Positions 47,638 through 57,472 of a DNA stretch of 64,000 nt are shown piece by piece. This DNA comes from a virus, in the IMG/VR virus record IMGVR_UViG_3300006916_000044, positions 27,371 to 91,370 of that record. One strand, given 5' to 3'. A model generated the notes under the pieces. The model ran no database searches and was not told the DNA's origin. It saw only the letters and a program-made list of their open reading frames with translations. How positions within the stretch are numbered: the stretch's first letter is position 1; every line of letters starts with the position of its first letter. Made by a program: the position numbers and the translations under genes.

Positions 47638-48699
47638 TTACTTTTTTTTTAAATATTTTTGTTCATACTCTGGTTTAATTCTTACTGTGAATACATACAA
47701 CTCTCTGTTATAGATTTGGATTTCTTTTCTTATGATAGGCTCCATATATTTAAAACCTTCAGAGGTAAGTGTACCTTCTTCATCATGTTTTGTTACAAAA
47801 TCTTCAGCAGACATTCTTCCATACCAAGTGTGTTGTGATTTATTAAACCAATACTTTAAATCTTTATTACGTGAGCTAAAATTATATTCTTGAATATTAC
47901 CGTGTAGCTTCCATAATAAATGATGATTAACATCAGTACGTATTGTAGGTAAAATCTTTTCTAACATTGCTCTATCATCACCACCTGCATCATACATTTG
48001 TAAACATGTATCAAGTAAACTTTGAGTTAGTATTTGCTGATTAGGAGACTCATCTATAACTCTATTACCAGCAATAGTTTCACAACCATCATTAATAATA
48101 CGATCTAAAATCTTTAAAGCCATCCCTGTATATACATATGTATCATAAGGAAGAGAATCATATTCACAACTACCAAGATAAGTATTCAAAGCTTCAGAAC
48201 GTCTGTTATCCCATATTACATGTTCTATGCTTTCATCAGTCATCCAATTATTAATAATATCACATTTTCTTTCACCTTGTTCAAACTCAGTTATAGAATA
48301 ACCATTATTAATATTAAACATAATAGCACGCAATGGTATATTATGATCATGAACTATTTGACTTGACATAACATTAGTAATAAATACATCTGCTTGATCT
48401 ATATCACTAGTAATTTTAATATCATGCTCTTTTAATTCCATTTTTAATTTATCAGCAGTTATGTTTGAGCCAGGAATAATAAAAGCTTTTTTCTTTTTAT
48501 AATTTATAATGGGAGTTTCATTATCTCCTTCTAATATTTCTTGATGTTTTGTATATGATGTTTCATCTTCACTAACTAATACTGTTGTATAGGTTAAGGC
48601 ATCACCACTACAGATCATCCCATTGATGTCTGTAGAGGCAATACCTAAACTTGAAACAATACTATTCATGGATCTTACATCTTCATGAATTCTTGCCAT
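47638..48699 (-). CDS. Hypothetical protein, paralogous to 46447-47634
   Basis: IPGSNITADKL..ELKEHDIKITSDIDQADVFIT. Confidence 0.6.
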   Translation of the reverse strand: MARIHEDVRSMNSIVSSLGIASTDINGMICSGDALTYTTVLVSEDETSYTKHQEILEGDNETPIINYKKKKAFIIPGSNITADKLKMELKEHDIKITSDIDQADVFITNVMSSQIVHDHNIPLRAIMFNINNGYSITEFEQGERKCDIINNWMTDESIEHVIWDNRRSEALNTYLGSCEYDSLPYDTYVYTGMALKILDRIINDGCETIAGNRVIDESPNQQILTQSLLDTCLQMYDAGGDDRAMLEKILPTIRTDVNHHLLWKLHGNIQEYNFSSRNKDLKYWFNKSQHTWYGRMSAEDFVTKHDEEGTLTSEGFKYMEPIIRKEIQIYNRELYVFTVRIKPEYEQKYLKKK

Positions 48700-49963
48700 T
48701 ACTTTAATGTCATTTTAATTATTTCAGGGTTCATCATAAACTTGTTGAACTTCTGCTTGTTACCATTAAAGATAGTTCTAACAATTAGATACTTAAGATC
48801 ATTAGAGAAATACTCTTTAGTACATAGTGTTAGCAACCTATCAGTAATCTTTTGGTTAACTGTATTCTCTTTAGAGTATACAACAGCATAGTTACCAAGT
48901 CTTGTTGCAAGTGTAGACGCAATGTCTGCACGGTATGAATCATCTTTACCAACACATGATCCAAGCTCACCTAAAATATATTGCTCATTGTCATGAGTCA
49001 ATAAGTCTTTAGGAGTTACCAGCTTGTCTAACTTGTTATTAATAAAGATTGTAAACATAGATGCAAACTCTTCACCACACTACCTTCACCAATCATTTGG
49101 ATTAGTGGTAGATTCTCATCAAATTTCTCAAAGCTAGATATAGCATTGAAGAATGTAGAAATAGATCTTGCATTAGTTTCTTGTGTTACAAGTTCAGGAT
49201 GCATTAACAAAAAGTTAATACATCTTGAGTCAATACCTTCTGCTTCTGCCCATCTTGCCCACACATCTACATCAAACTTTAAGTTTGCAGTAATGTAACG
49301 AGTCTTTTGTGCTGAGTCAACAGAGTTAACCATATAGTCACCGTTATCAGGATTTGCAGTTAATATAATATGCCAATCCTCTGGTAGTGTCCATGAGATG
49401 TATGTCTGACGGTCTACCAATTCCATAACAGCCTGGATGAATCTTATATCTGCACGGTTCCAGTCATCAAGAAGTAGGATACCACCTTTCTTCTTACCTG
49501 CAATCCACTCAGGTGCACAGTATGACATACGGTTTTGACCCGTCATCTTCCATCCACTCTTAAGATATTCTGCTACAGCTAACTCATCAACCCACTGACC
49601 AACTTTTTTAGTAGTAGTTTTGTTTGCTAGCTTTAGTAGATCATCAGCTGCAGCGCCCGTTCTACTATAGTTTACATCATCACCTTTAACAGGTACTTGC
49701 TTTTCTTTATACATTTGAAATTGTCTAACTGGAAAACCTACAAGGTCACCCAACTCCTCAATCTGTGCAAGATTAAGTTTAACAAAATCTAGATCATGAT
49801 CTCTTGCCATGTCCATAATAGATGTAGTCTTACCAATACCAGACTCACCAACAACTTCAATTGCTACTGGTTTTTTACCTTGTTTCTGTAGGAATCTATT
49901 GTTGTTAACTACGTGATTAACAAAATCCTTTAACTCATCAATGTTTAAATTTACTTGTGCCAT
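48699..49963 (-). CDS. MoxR-like AAA+ ATPase, split by a one-base frameshift near 49075
   Basis: GESGIGKT, LLLDDWNRA, TANP. AGT GTG GTG AAG plus one base gives ...GEGSVGEEFASMFTIF..., joining the two track ORFs. Confidence 0.85.
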
Positions 49964-49971
49964 TTTCTTTA

Positions 49972-51171
49972 TTATTTATTAATTTGAATTTTTAGTCCTG
50001 GTAACTCTTGATTTATATTACAACGAGAACTGTGTACCCAAAGAGCATTCTTTGGACAATTCTCTGGAGCATAAGCTTCACCATCTGTTAAATATATAAG
50101 GGCCGTGTAGTGACCCTTCTCATTATAATGATCTATTACAGGTTGAAAGTCTGTACCACCTCTACCTTTGATTTCCCAATCCTTTTTTGGATTGAATTCT
50201 TCTATACTGTTTATACTAGTATCACATTGTACTATAGTAATTTTGTGACCAGTCTTGTGCATATGTGTAAGCTCATTCATAAACTCTACTAACTCTGAGT
50301 TAGATACAGATCCACTTGTGTCAACACCAACACAGATATGATTCTTAAACTTTATCTTAAGACCTGGATTTGCTGAATATCTTTTATTATACTTACGTCT
50401 CAACTTTTTAGTATAACTAATACTAGAATTACCAACAAACCTTCTTAGATATGCTTTCCAATTAAATACTGGTGGTTCTATAGTTCTAAGTCTATTAATT
50501 AACTCTTTAAATTCACCAGGTACATGACCTTGTCTTTTTTCTGTTAACTCTGCAGTTTCTTTTAACTGATGTTCAATTTGTTTTTGTACTAGCTTCTTAT
50601 CAGCTTCTGATAACTCATCAAATTCATCCCACGTATTGTGACAATACTGACTAGCTCCATTCATTTGATTTAATAAGTTGTCTAATGTTGGACACGATCC
50701 ATCTTGTTGAGCTTGCTTAAGTAAATCATAGTATACTTTAGTCCCTGCTTTATTAGGAAGATTTAACTCAGGAAATGTATCCAATGTTAAACCACCTTCA
50801 GGTAAACAATCAGTTGCTATATACTGATTAATTTCTAGATCAGCTGCTATATTAAATAGTTTTTGATCATCATACTTATCTCTTATAAGTAAATGTCCAA
50901 AGCCTACATGTAATATCTCATGTTTTAGCAAACCCATTTGTTGTTTTTCAGTAAGACCATCAAAGAATGCAGGATTAATTGCTAGCTGCACACCCATTCC
51001 GTTTTTACTTACACCTGCTGTAGGCAGATCATCTCTATATTTTTTATTGATTCCTATAAGAAAGAGACCATAAAATGGTTCTTTAAACATAAGAGTCTTA
51101 CAAGCTTTAGATACTTTATCTACTACTTTCTGTATGTTAATAGCTGTTGTATTCATCATATAATCTATCAA
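49972..51171 (-). CDS. DUF2201-type metallopeptidase plus vWA-domain protein
   Basis: HEILH, NIAADLEINQ, VDTSGSV MIDAS, GRGGTDF, YLTDG. Confidence 0.88.
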   Translation of the reverse strand: MIDYMMNTTAINIQKVVDKVSKACKTLMFKEPFYGLFLIGINKKYRDDLPTAGVSKNGMGVQLAINPAFFDGLTEKQQMGLLKHEILHVGFGHLLIRDKYDDQKLFNIAADLEINQYIATDCLPEGGLTLDTFPELNLPNKAGTKVYYDLLKQAQQDGSCPTLDNLLNQMNGASQYCHNTWDEFDELSEADKKLVQKQIEHQLKETAELTEKRQGHVPGEFKELINRLRTIEPPVFNWKAYLRRFVGNSSISYTKKLRRKYNKRYSANPGLKIKFKNHICVGVDTSGSVSNSELVEFMNELTHMHKTGHKITIVQCDTSINSIEEFNPKKDWEIKGRGGTDFQPVIDHYNEKGHYTALIYLTDGEAYAPENCPKNALWVHSSRCNINQELPGLKIQINK

Positions 51172-51460
51172 ATATTAATTGTTCATCTCCTTTTAAATAT
51201 CTTTTACGTTTCTCTTTAAGTGCGCCCATTGACATAGTTTCATAACGCCATAAGATACGTCCATCCATATTTAATTCTTTTTCTACTTTATATCTTTTGT
51301 TTCCTCCAAAAGATTTATACATAAGTATATCAGACCATTGTGATCTTTCATGGTTCTTGTATATTTCTAATCCCATAAAAAAATCCTCCATATTGGAGGA
51401 TCTCATCATTTCTATTAGTCTATCATAAACCTTTAATGTTAACTTAGGTTTCTCACTCAT
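51137..51460 (-). CDS. Hypothetical protein sharing a helical motif with the 46.4-48.7 kb pair
   Basis: LTLKVYDRLIEMMRSSNMED. Confidence 0.55.
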   Translation of the reverse strand: MSEKPKLTLKVYDRLIEMMRSSNMEDFFMGLEIYKNHERSQWSDILMYKSFGGNKRYKVEKELNMDGRILWRYETMSMGALKEKRKRYLKGDEQLIFDRLYDEYNSY

Positions 51461-51842
51461 CTTTTAATTTATTTAATTCTGGTTTAATTTCAATCCAGAC
51501 ACCTGGATATTCTTTATCATATTCATAAGGTTCAAATATTGGTATGATGAATTCACAATTATCATCTTCAATCCATCCATACTTTACCATATCATCCTGT
51601 ACAGTTTGACATGGGTTTATATAATCAAACTTGTGTTTAGTTCCTCTTACAAATGTAAATGTAATAGTAAGTGGTAACTCATACTTAGCTGCTTCAAACT
51701 TAAATTGAGGAGCCATTCTTTCATACTCCGCTCTTGTAGCTTTTCTATATTTAGTAACTGTTTTACTAACTACAAAATATTTACCCGTCCATTGACGGCT
51801 GTTCTTTGAACTAGGTACATTACCTTTTACCCACCATTTCAT
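51453..51842 (-). CDS. RusA-like Holliday junction resolvase
   Basis: VPSSKN, FDYIN...VQDDMVKYGWIEDDN. Confidence 0.7.
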   Translation of the reverse strand: MKWWVKGNVPSSKNSRQWTGKYFVVSKTVTKYRKATRAEYERMAPQFKFEAAKYELPLTITFTFVRGTKHKFDYINPCQTVQDDMVKYGWIEDDNCEFIIPIFEPYEYDKEYPGVWIEIKPELNKLKDE

Positions 51843-52813
51843 ATACTTGATTTTATTAGGTTAAACAATTTTGGCTTGACTGCATCAGCTCCATATTTTT
51901 TTACTGCATCTGATATATCTTTTTCAGACTTGATGTATACACCATGTATATCATATACATTTTTATATGTCTCCATTGCAGTGTGACCTGCTTCATCATT
52001 ATCAAACAAAGATAATACTTTTTTATACTTCTGTTTTAAACTGTGTATTATATGTGGTTTGATTATTGTGTTCTCACTATGAGGAGCAATGAACTCCAAG
52101 TTAAAACCAAATGAATCAATACACATACCATCTTTGAGTGATGATGTTATTATAAGATAATCCTTCTCATATGTTAGTTGTTCAAGTCCCTGCAGATGCT
52201 CATGCACTTTAGTAAACTTGTTTTTCTTACTATGAGGCTGATAGATCTTATAACATTTACTTTCTTTATTAAAGTATCCATAAATACCTGAAGATTGTAT
52301 CTTAATTTTTTCAATACTATCTCCTGTATCTTTTACCATAGTAAAATAATCTAATGGTAATACCATGTACTTAGATAACATACTACTACCTATATTAAAC
52401 TGTAACCAAAACTCAGCATCTTGATCAGTCCAATCTCTTGTTATAGTTGCATCTAATTTAAACTTTGGTGCAGGTACAAACTCTTCAGAATCAAATATAC
52501 CACCATCCATTACCCATTTGTTATAGTCTTCTACTATTCTAAATAAAGCTTTGGAATAATTCAGGTCAAATAATTCTTGTACTAAGTCAACTTTACTTCC
52601 TTGTTTACCAGTAGAAAAATCTTTAAACTTATATTCATTTTTATATGGACATAAATAGATACACATACTAGGTGTACGTTCATTAGGATTAAACACAGAC
52701 TTAATCTTTAGATCCTGACCGGCTAGCCTTTCAGGTAAAGTAAGATAGTATTCAAATACCCATGCACTATTTACATCATTTTTATTATCAGCAAATCCTT
52801 TTGTAGTAAACAT
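51839..52813 (-). CDS. DNA primase (crAss-like, TOPRIM)
   Basis: ERTPS...FKDFSTG, KIYQP, ITSSLKD, LFDNDEAG, KDISD. Confidence 0.8.
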   Translation of the reverse strand: MFTTKGFADNKNDVNSAWVFEYYLTLPERLAGQDLKIKSVFNPNERTPSMCIYLCPYKNEYKFKDFSTGKQGSKVDLVQELFDLNYSKALFRIVEDYNKWVMDGGIFDSEEFVPAPKFKLDATITRDWTDQDAEFWLQFNIGSSMLSKYMVLPLDYFTMVKDTGDSIEKIKIQSSGIYGYFNKESKCYKIYQPHSKKNKFTKVHEHLQGLEQLTYEKDYLIITSSLKDGMCIDSFGFNLEFIAPHSENTIIKPHIIHSLKQKYKKVLSLFDNDEAGHTAMETYKNVYDIHGVYIKSEKDISDAVKKYGADAVKPKLFNLIKSSI

Positions 52814-52825
52814 AGTATTAGATTT

Positions 52826-52924
52826 AAAAGTATGGGGCTGAGGGTTGGTAACGCAACCGTTTTCTCCTCAATTAAGTTAGTATTGCCACGTCTGGTCTTA
52901 CACCATTCAACACCCACTACTTTT
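52826..52924 (-). ncRNA. Candidate structured RNA/cis-element upstream of the primase
   Basis: GC-richer intergenic tract closed by AAAAGTA.TGGG / CCCA.TACTTTT, with internal hairpins. Confidence 0.35.
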
Positions 52925-52932
52925 ATTATTTA

Positions 52933-53610
52933 TTAAAGATCAAAGTCAGATCCTGCAGAACCATTCATTGCAGGCTCAAAGCTTGCAGTAGATGTAGTTG
53001 ACTCAGCTTTCTTTTGTACTTTTCTTACATGAGTTGCCTCATTGAAAGACAATAGTCTTGAGTTTTCTTTATCTAATTGTTCAGCAGGTACACCGTCTTT
53101 AGATAACTTAGGAAGATACAAATCATTATTGATATATCCTTCTTTGTTTTCCCACTCACGTGAACCTAAACATACATTAAAGTATGTACCACTTAATAAT
53201 TTACTAGCAGAAGATATAAAGTCTTCAATAGTATTAGCTTCAATTGTATCTAACTCAACTCTCTTGTTCATTACTTCACTTAAGAATATCATAGACTTAA
53301 GAACTTCTTGATCTCTATCAATCTCTCTACCACTTGGTAAAGTTGTAGTCTTGTAAGGATATGGTGTCATTCTAACTCTACCAATCTGTCCTTCATATCT
53401 ACCTGCAGACTCATTATCTTTATTTTTAAAGAATCCTTCAAAGTCTCCACCAACTGGTTTAGTTTCTACATGTAGCATTACATTGTATGCTTCAGAATCA
53501 AATGGTGTTTGATCAAAAGTTATAGAATTAATTTTTACTACGTTGTTACCTGGGCCAATCAAAGGTCTAACTTTACCGGCTCCTACTTGCATGTCTTTTG
53601 TATTTAACAT
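52933..53610 (-). CDS. Putative single-stranded DNA-binding protein
   Basis: Between the Sak4-like ATPase and the primase; low-complexity tail ending SDFDL. Confidence 0.55.
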   Translation of the reverse strand: MLNTKDMQVGAGKVRPLIGPGNNVVKINSITFDQTPFDSEAYNVMLHVETKPVGGDFEGFFKNKDNESAGRYEGQIGRVRMTPYPYKTTTLPSGREIDRDQEVLKSMIFLSEVMNKRVELDTIEANTIEDFISSASKLLSGTYFNVCLGSREWENKEGYINNDLYLPKLSKDGVPAEQLDKENSRLLSFNEATHVRKVQKKAESTTSTASFEPAMNGSAGSDFDL

Positions 53611-53636
53611 TTTTCTTTTTTTAATTAATTAATAAA

Positions 53637-54320
53637 TTAGTTCTCATACTCTGCAATACAGTCTTTAACTAATTGCAAATCATTATCTATAAAGGAATCT
53701 TCAAACATTCCCATTGGAGATTTACATGTGTTCTCTCCGTTATTTACAGTATCAAATCCATAGTGTAATTGTCCGTCTTCATCTTTCTTTACATGACCAA
53801 ACAAAACTATAGAAAATAATCCTTCTAATGTTAAAGTATTATCAATCATTTTACCAATTGTTTTAGCTTTAACTTTACGATGTCCATTAATATCAGTTGA
53901 ATCTTCTGAATGAGTTAAGAAAAAGATAGTTAAGTCTTCTCTCATATCTTTAGGCATCTTAGCAACTTGTGCTAGGTTAGCTGCAATCTGAGTAAATTTA
54001 TCATAACCTTTCTCATTAGCTCTATCAAAGTATTCAAAACTAGACATATATTGCCAATCATCTACAACTAATGTCTTGATGTGTGGCATGTTATCATTAA
54101 CATGTTTCATTGCTTTAATAATACCGGCAGCTGATGAAGCTGAAGTCATATTACCTTTAGGATTTTCTTTACTGATGTTAGTATAATCTTTCTTCCATCC
54201 TTTGAATGGTAAAGGTTTATTTGCAATGTTAATTATAAAGGTCTCCTTTGCAGGAAGATTCCTCATACTAGTTGATTTACCTGACCCTGAGTCAGCAATA
54301 ATTAATACGCTTTGTGCCAT
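53637..54320 (-). CDS. Sak4/AAA_24-like P-loop ATPase (recombinase)
   Basis: ADSGSGKST, LVVDDWQY, FLTH, KTIGKM, CKSPMGMF. Confidence 0.8.
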   Translation of the reverse strand: MAQSVLIIADSGSGKSTSMRNLPAKETFIINIANKPLPFKGWKKDYTNISKENPKGNMTSASSAAGIIKAMKHVNDNMPHIKTLVVDDWQYMSSFEYFDRANEKGYDKFTQIAANLAQVAKMPKDMREDLTIFFLTHSEDSTDINGHRKVKAKTIGKMIDNTLTLEGLFSIVLFGHVKKDEDGQLHYGFDTVNNGENTCKSPMGMFEDSFIDNDLQLVKDCIAEYEN

Positions 54321-54322
54321 AC

Positions 54323-54859
54323 TTATTGATTTAATTGATTTCTATTAATGTTCTTCAATAGGTTTTGAATACCTATTAACGCTTTCTCTATACCTTTAGC
54401 TACATCTAACATAGTTCTTTCTGTCTCAGGATTACTAATATTTATATCCTGTGTAGTTAACTTAGTTACTGCATCTGCAAGGCTAGCTACCTGCGCATTA
54501 GTTCTAGAGTTTATATCATTGATTACTTTTAGTTCACCAATAGGAATGATATGTCTTTCATGTCCTGATTTTGATGTAACTAATTCATACTCTTCAGCCC
54601 AATGAGGGTTATGCTTTAGAAAGTATAACGTTCTCTTTGGATCTTCTGAATCATATTCAATACTTACAAACTCTGTGTATATATCTTCTCCCTTTTGTAA
54701 TTCACTTGGGAAAAAAGATATATGCTTTTCATCCTTACCAGGTGGTCTATACGCCATCTTAGGAATGTATAATGGATGTTTAATGTTATTAGAAGTAAAG
54801 TACTCTTCATGCTCACTAAACAACTCCTTAACTTTTTTCTTTCTTTCTGCTGGTGTCAT
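54323..54859 (-). CDS. Hypothetical protein
   Basis: 178-aa ORF in the replication operon. Confidence 0.6.
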   Translation of the reverse strand: MTPAERKKKVKELFSEHEEYFTSNNIKHPLYIPKMAYRPPGKDEKHISFFPSELQKGEDIYTEFVSIEYDSEDPKRTLYFLKHNPHWAEEYELVTSKSGHERHIIPIGELKVINDINSRTNAQVASLADAVTKLTTQDINISNPETERTMLDVAKGIEKALIGIQNLLKNINRNQLNQ

Positions 54860-54871
54860 ATTATTTATTTA

Positions 54872-55828
54872 TTAAACTTGTCTACGTGGAGCTTGAGCTG
54901 GTGTATTCATCTCAAGTATTTCCATTCTCTCAAAGGCTGCTTTAAAGAATGACATACGTGCATCACCATTCCTTGCTTTAAGGAAGTGTAATACTAAAGT
55001 CTTGTCATCATCTATTACATATCTATCAGGGCCATAGTATTTAATCTTTTGTTTAGCAGGACGGTTGATACCAATTAAAGTATCAGCATGTTGTAACATT
55101 GCATCTGAACCAAATATGTCTGACTCAAGAATATAGTTACCATACTTACCATCAACAGCTCTATCCGGATTATCTATGTTCCTGTTTAGCTGTGATAATG
55201 CAATGAACAAACAAGGATACTCACGTTTAACTTGTGTAAAGAACTCACCTAACTCAAACAACATATCTAATCTATTGTTTTGATAAGGTGCTCTCTTAAC
55301 TAGTATAGTGTGATCCAAAGTTATAATAGTCTTTTGACCTTTATGCTCATTCATATACATATCAATTTGTTCACGCATTTGATTAACAGTCATAGGTGTA
55401 GATATTATATCAACAGGAAACTTTACTCTATCTTTTGCATACAGATGACATTTATTAAATACATCTGAACTTAGTGTTGATCCAGCACTACATAATTCTT
55501 TATATGTCTTACCAGTAATAGAACTAAACTCTCTTATTGCTGAGGTTCTACCTACCATCTCAAACTGAAACTCTAATACTCTGAACTCATCTTCAGGATT
55601 CAAGACAAATGATTCTCTAATTATCTGATCCTTTATTAATGTTTTACCTGACCCCGGTCTACCACCAATAACAGTAAGAGTATTCCACTCTAATCCATCT
55701 GTTATAGCATCATTAAACTTGGGCCACGGTGTATATATAGATTTTTCCTTGCCTGATTGTCTATCAAGCATATACCTAAGCGCTTCTTGAAACGCATTAT
55801 GTTGACCTTTCCATGCTTGTTTACTCAT
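54872..55828 (-). CDS. dnaB: DnaB-like replicative helicase (C-terminal ATPase domain only)
   Basis: GGRPGSGKT, FEM, ITLDH, LSQLNR, LKARNG. Confidence 0.88.
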   Translation of the reverse strand: MSKQAWKGQHNAFQEALRYMLDRQSGKEKSIYTPWPKFNDAITDGLEWNTLTVIGGRPGSGKTLIKDQIIRESFVLNPEDEFRVLEFQFEMVGRTSAIREFSSITGKTYKELCSAGSTLSSDVFNKCHLYAKDRVKFPVDIISTPMTVNQMREQIDMYMNEHKGQKTIITLDHTILVKRAPYQNNRLDMLFELGEFFTQVKREYPCLFIALSQLNRNIDNPDRAVDGKYGNYILESDIFGSDAMLQHADTLIGINRPAKQKIKYYGPDRYVIDDDKTLVLHFLKARNGDARMSFFKAAFERMEILEMNTPAQAPRRQV

Positions 55829-56424
55829 ACAACATTCTCACTAAAATGATTATTATCTTCTTCTTCTACTCCATCTCTAATCATGTCACAATAGTCAGCA
55901 AGTTGTGATTGCTTAACCTTGGACTGATCAGCTTTGGATATAAAGTATTGACTAGTCTGCATGTACAGATAATCTTTTTGTGCATATTCATTTACATAAC
56001 GTTTAGTTGCATCAATAACTTCATCCCATGTATAGTCATAGTTCTCAAAGAACCATCTAAAATTATTTATTAATGTTTTTACATTAACTCTGGCTGGCTT
56101 ACCGTGTGGTAATTTACCCGCAGGAAATAACTCTCTATACTCTTCTACTTTATCTACATATTCTTTACCCATCAAATGGATATTAGTTTTCTTTTTAGCT
56201 TTAGTAAAATAAGCATTGTATTTAGTTATTATCTCTCTACCTTTATTAGTTATTTTGACATTCTTACCGGGCTCATAGTCTACATATTTTTCAATAACCA
56301 ATCCTTTTATTTCTAAATGAGGATTAATTGTATCAATACTAGTACTATTATCAATTGCATAAAGCAACAAGAGCTGATTCGGAGTAAGTTTGTCTATCAG
56401 GATTTCCTGCATTAGTTCCCACAT
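55825..56424 (-). CDS. Hypothetical replication protein with an N-terminal winged-helix-like region
   Basis: ATGA-coupled to DnaB; ITNKG wing pattern. Confidence 0.5.
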   Translation of the reverse strand: MWELMQEILIDKLTPNQLLLLYAIDNSTSIDTINPHLEIKGLVIEKYVDYEPGKNVKITNKGREIITKYNAYFTKAKKKTNIHLMGKEYVDKVEEYRELFPAGKLPHGKPARVNVKTLINNFRWFFENYDYTWDEVIDATKRYVNEYAQKDYLYMQTSQYFISKADQSKVKQSQLADYCDMIRDGVEEEDNNHFSENVV

Positions 56425-56869
56425 ATTCTTGAATGTATTTTTTTAAGTGTTCATAAATAGCAACATACTCTACATCATTATAACTTCTATAATTTTCTAT
56501 AGTTTTTATACTATGTATAACTGTTGCGTGATTCTTACCTAAGAATCTAGCAATACAACTTTTATTATATCCATACCTCCATGCTAGATAAGAATATAAT
56601 TGTGCCCATATAAGCACATCTCTTTTTCTTGTCTTAAGGTTACGGAGACTTGGATATATTTTAAGATCCTCATCAAACGTATGCATAGCATTTGTTATAA
56701 GAGAAACTATATCTGTTTGATTTAATCTTTCAGGGTTATCAGCTATTGCAATTGTACTTTGAATGCCACCAATCTCTATATTGACTGGGTACTTGTGTTT
56801 ACTTTCAAAAGTTTCAATAAAATGACTGACATCCTGTGCCATTTCAGGTGTTAAAATACTTGGTTTCAT
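56351..56869 (-). CDS. DnaA C-terminal (domain IV) HTH-like protein
   Basis: TRKRDV...IARFLGKNHATVIHSIK; ATG 56869 preferred because the promoter overlaps the TTG start. Confidence 0.75.
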   Translation of the reverse strand: MKPSILTPEMAQDVSHFIETFESKHKYPVNIEIGGIQSTIAIADNPERLNQTDIVSLITNAMHTFDEDLKIYPSLRNLKTRKRDVLIWAQLYSYLAWRYGYNKSCIARFLGKNHATVIHSIKTIENYRSYNDVEYVAIYEHLKKYIQEYVGTNAGNPDRQTYSESALVALCN

Positions 56870-56887
56870 ACTTGATTTATTAGTTAA

Positions 56888-56895
56888 CAAAGATA
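56888..56895 (-). promoter_or_regulatory. Bacteroidota -7 promoter element TATCTTTG (drives the replication operon)
   Basis: Exact TAnnTTTG in the divergent intergenic region. Confidence 0.65.
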
Positions 56896-56916
56896 CAAAA
56901 TTAAACCGTGTTAACC

Positions 56917-56948
56917 TTGTATATATTTAAATTTTATTCCTATCTTTG
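56917..56948 (+). promoter_or_regulatory. Bacteroidota promoter TTG-N21-TATCTTTG
   Basis: TTG 56917-56919 and TATCTTTG 56941-56948, upstream of ATG 56969. Confidence 0.7.
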
Positions 56949-56968
56949 TATCATAAAATAATATTATT

Positions 56969-57457
56969 ATGTCAGAAGAAATAGATAAACAAGCAATCAA
57001 AGAAATGATTGAATTGTCAGAACAATTACCTAATGATACATTTGCTGCAGTACCTGATGAAGATACTGTAGACATAAAAGTTTCAGGTGCATTCAGTAGA
57101 TCAATACAAAAAACATTAGAATATGTTGTTAATAGTGTTGACCCGGATGAAGCAACTAGAGCTTTGGAATATGTTAAAATGGATTATAAAGGAGATGATT
57201 TTGATAAAGAAAAAGTTTGTGACTTAGATGTAGCAGTATGGACACTCATGATGTTAGTCAATGAGTTTAATGCACAAGCAGGACTACAAAAGAAAACTAA
57301 AATCTATGATAGAAAACATTTTCTTGAAGCACTAATGGGCAATGCTGATCCAGCTGTACCATTAGATGATGATGCAATTGCATTAAGAATCAAAGTAGCT
57401 AATGAAGAGTCACAAAAATTATTGAAGGAAGAAAAAAAGAAGGGCAAGAAGAAATGA
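56969..57457 (+). CDS. Hypothetical protein, lone + strand gene in the early arm
   Basis: 162-aa ORF with its own promoter; acidic body, Lys-rich tail. Confidence 0.7.
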   Translation: MSEEIDKQAIKEMIELSEQLPNDTFAAVPDEDTVDIKVSGAFSRSIQKTLEYVVNSVDPDEATRALEYVKMDYKGDDFDKEKVCDLDVAVWTLMMLVNEFNAQAGLQKKTKIYDRKHFLEALMGNADPAVPLDDDAIALRIKVANEESQKLLKEEKKKGKKK

Positions 57458-57472
57458 TATTCATGATAGTGA

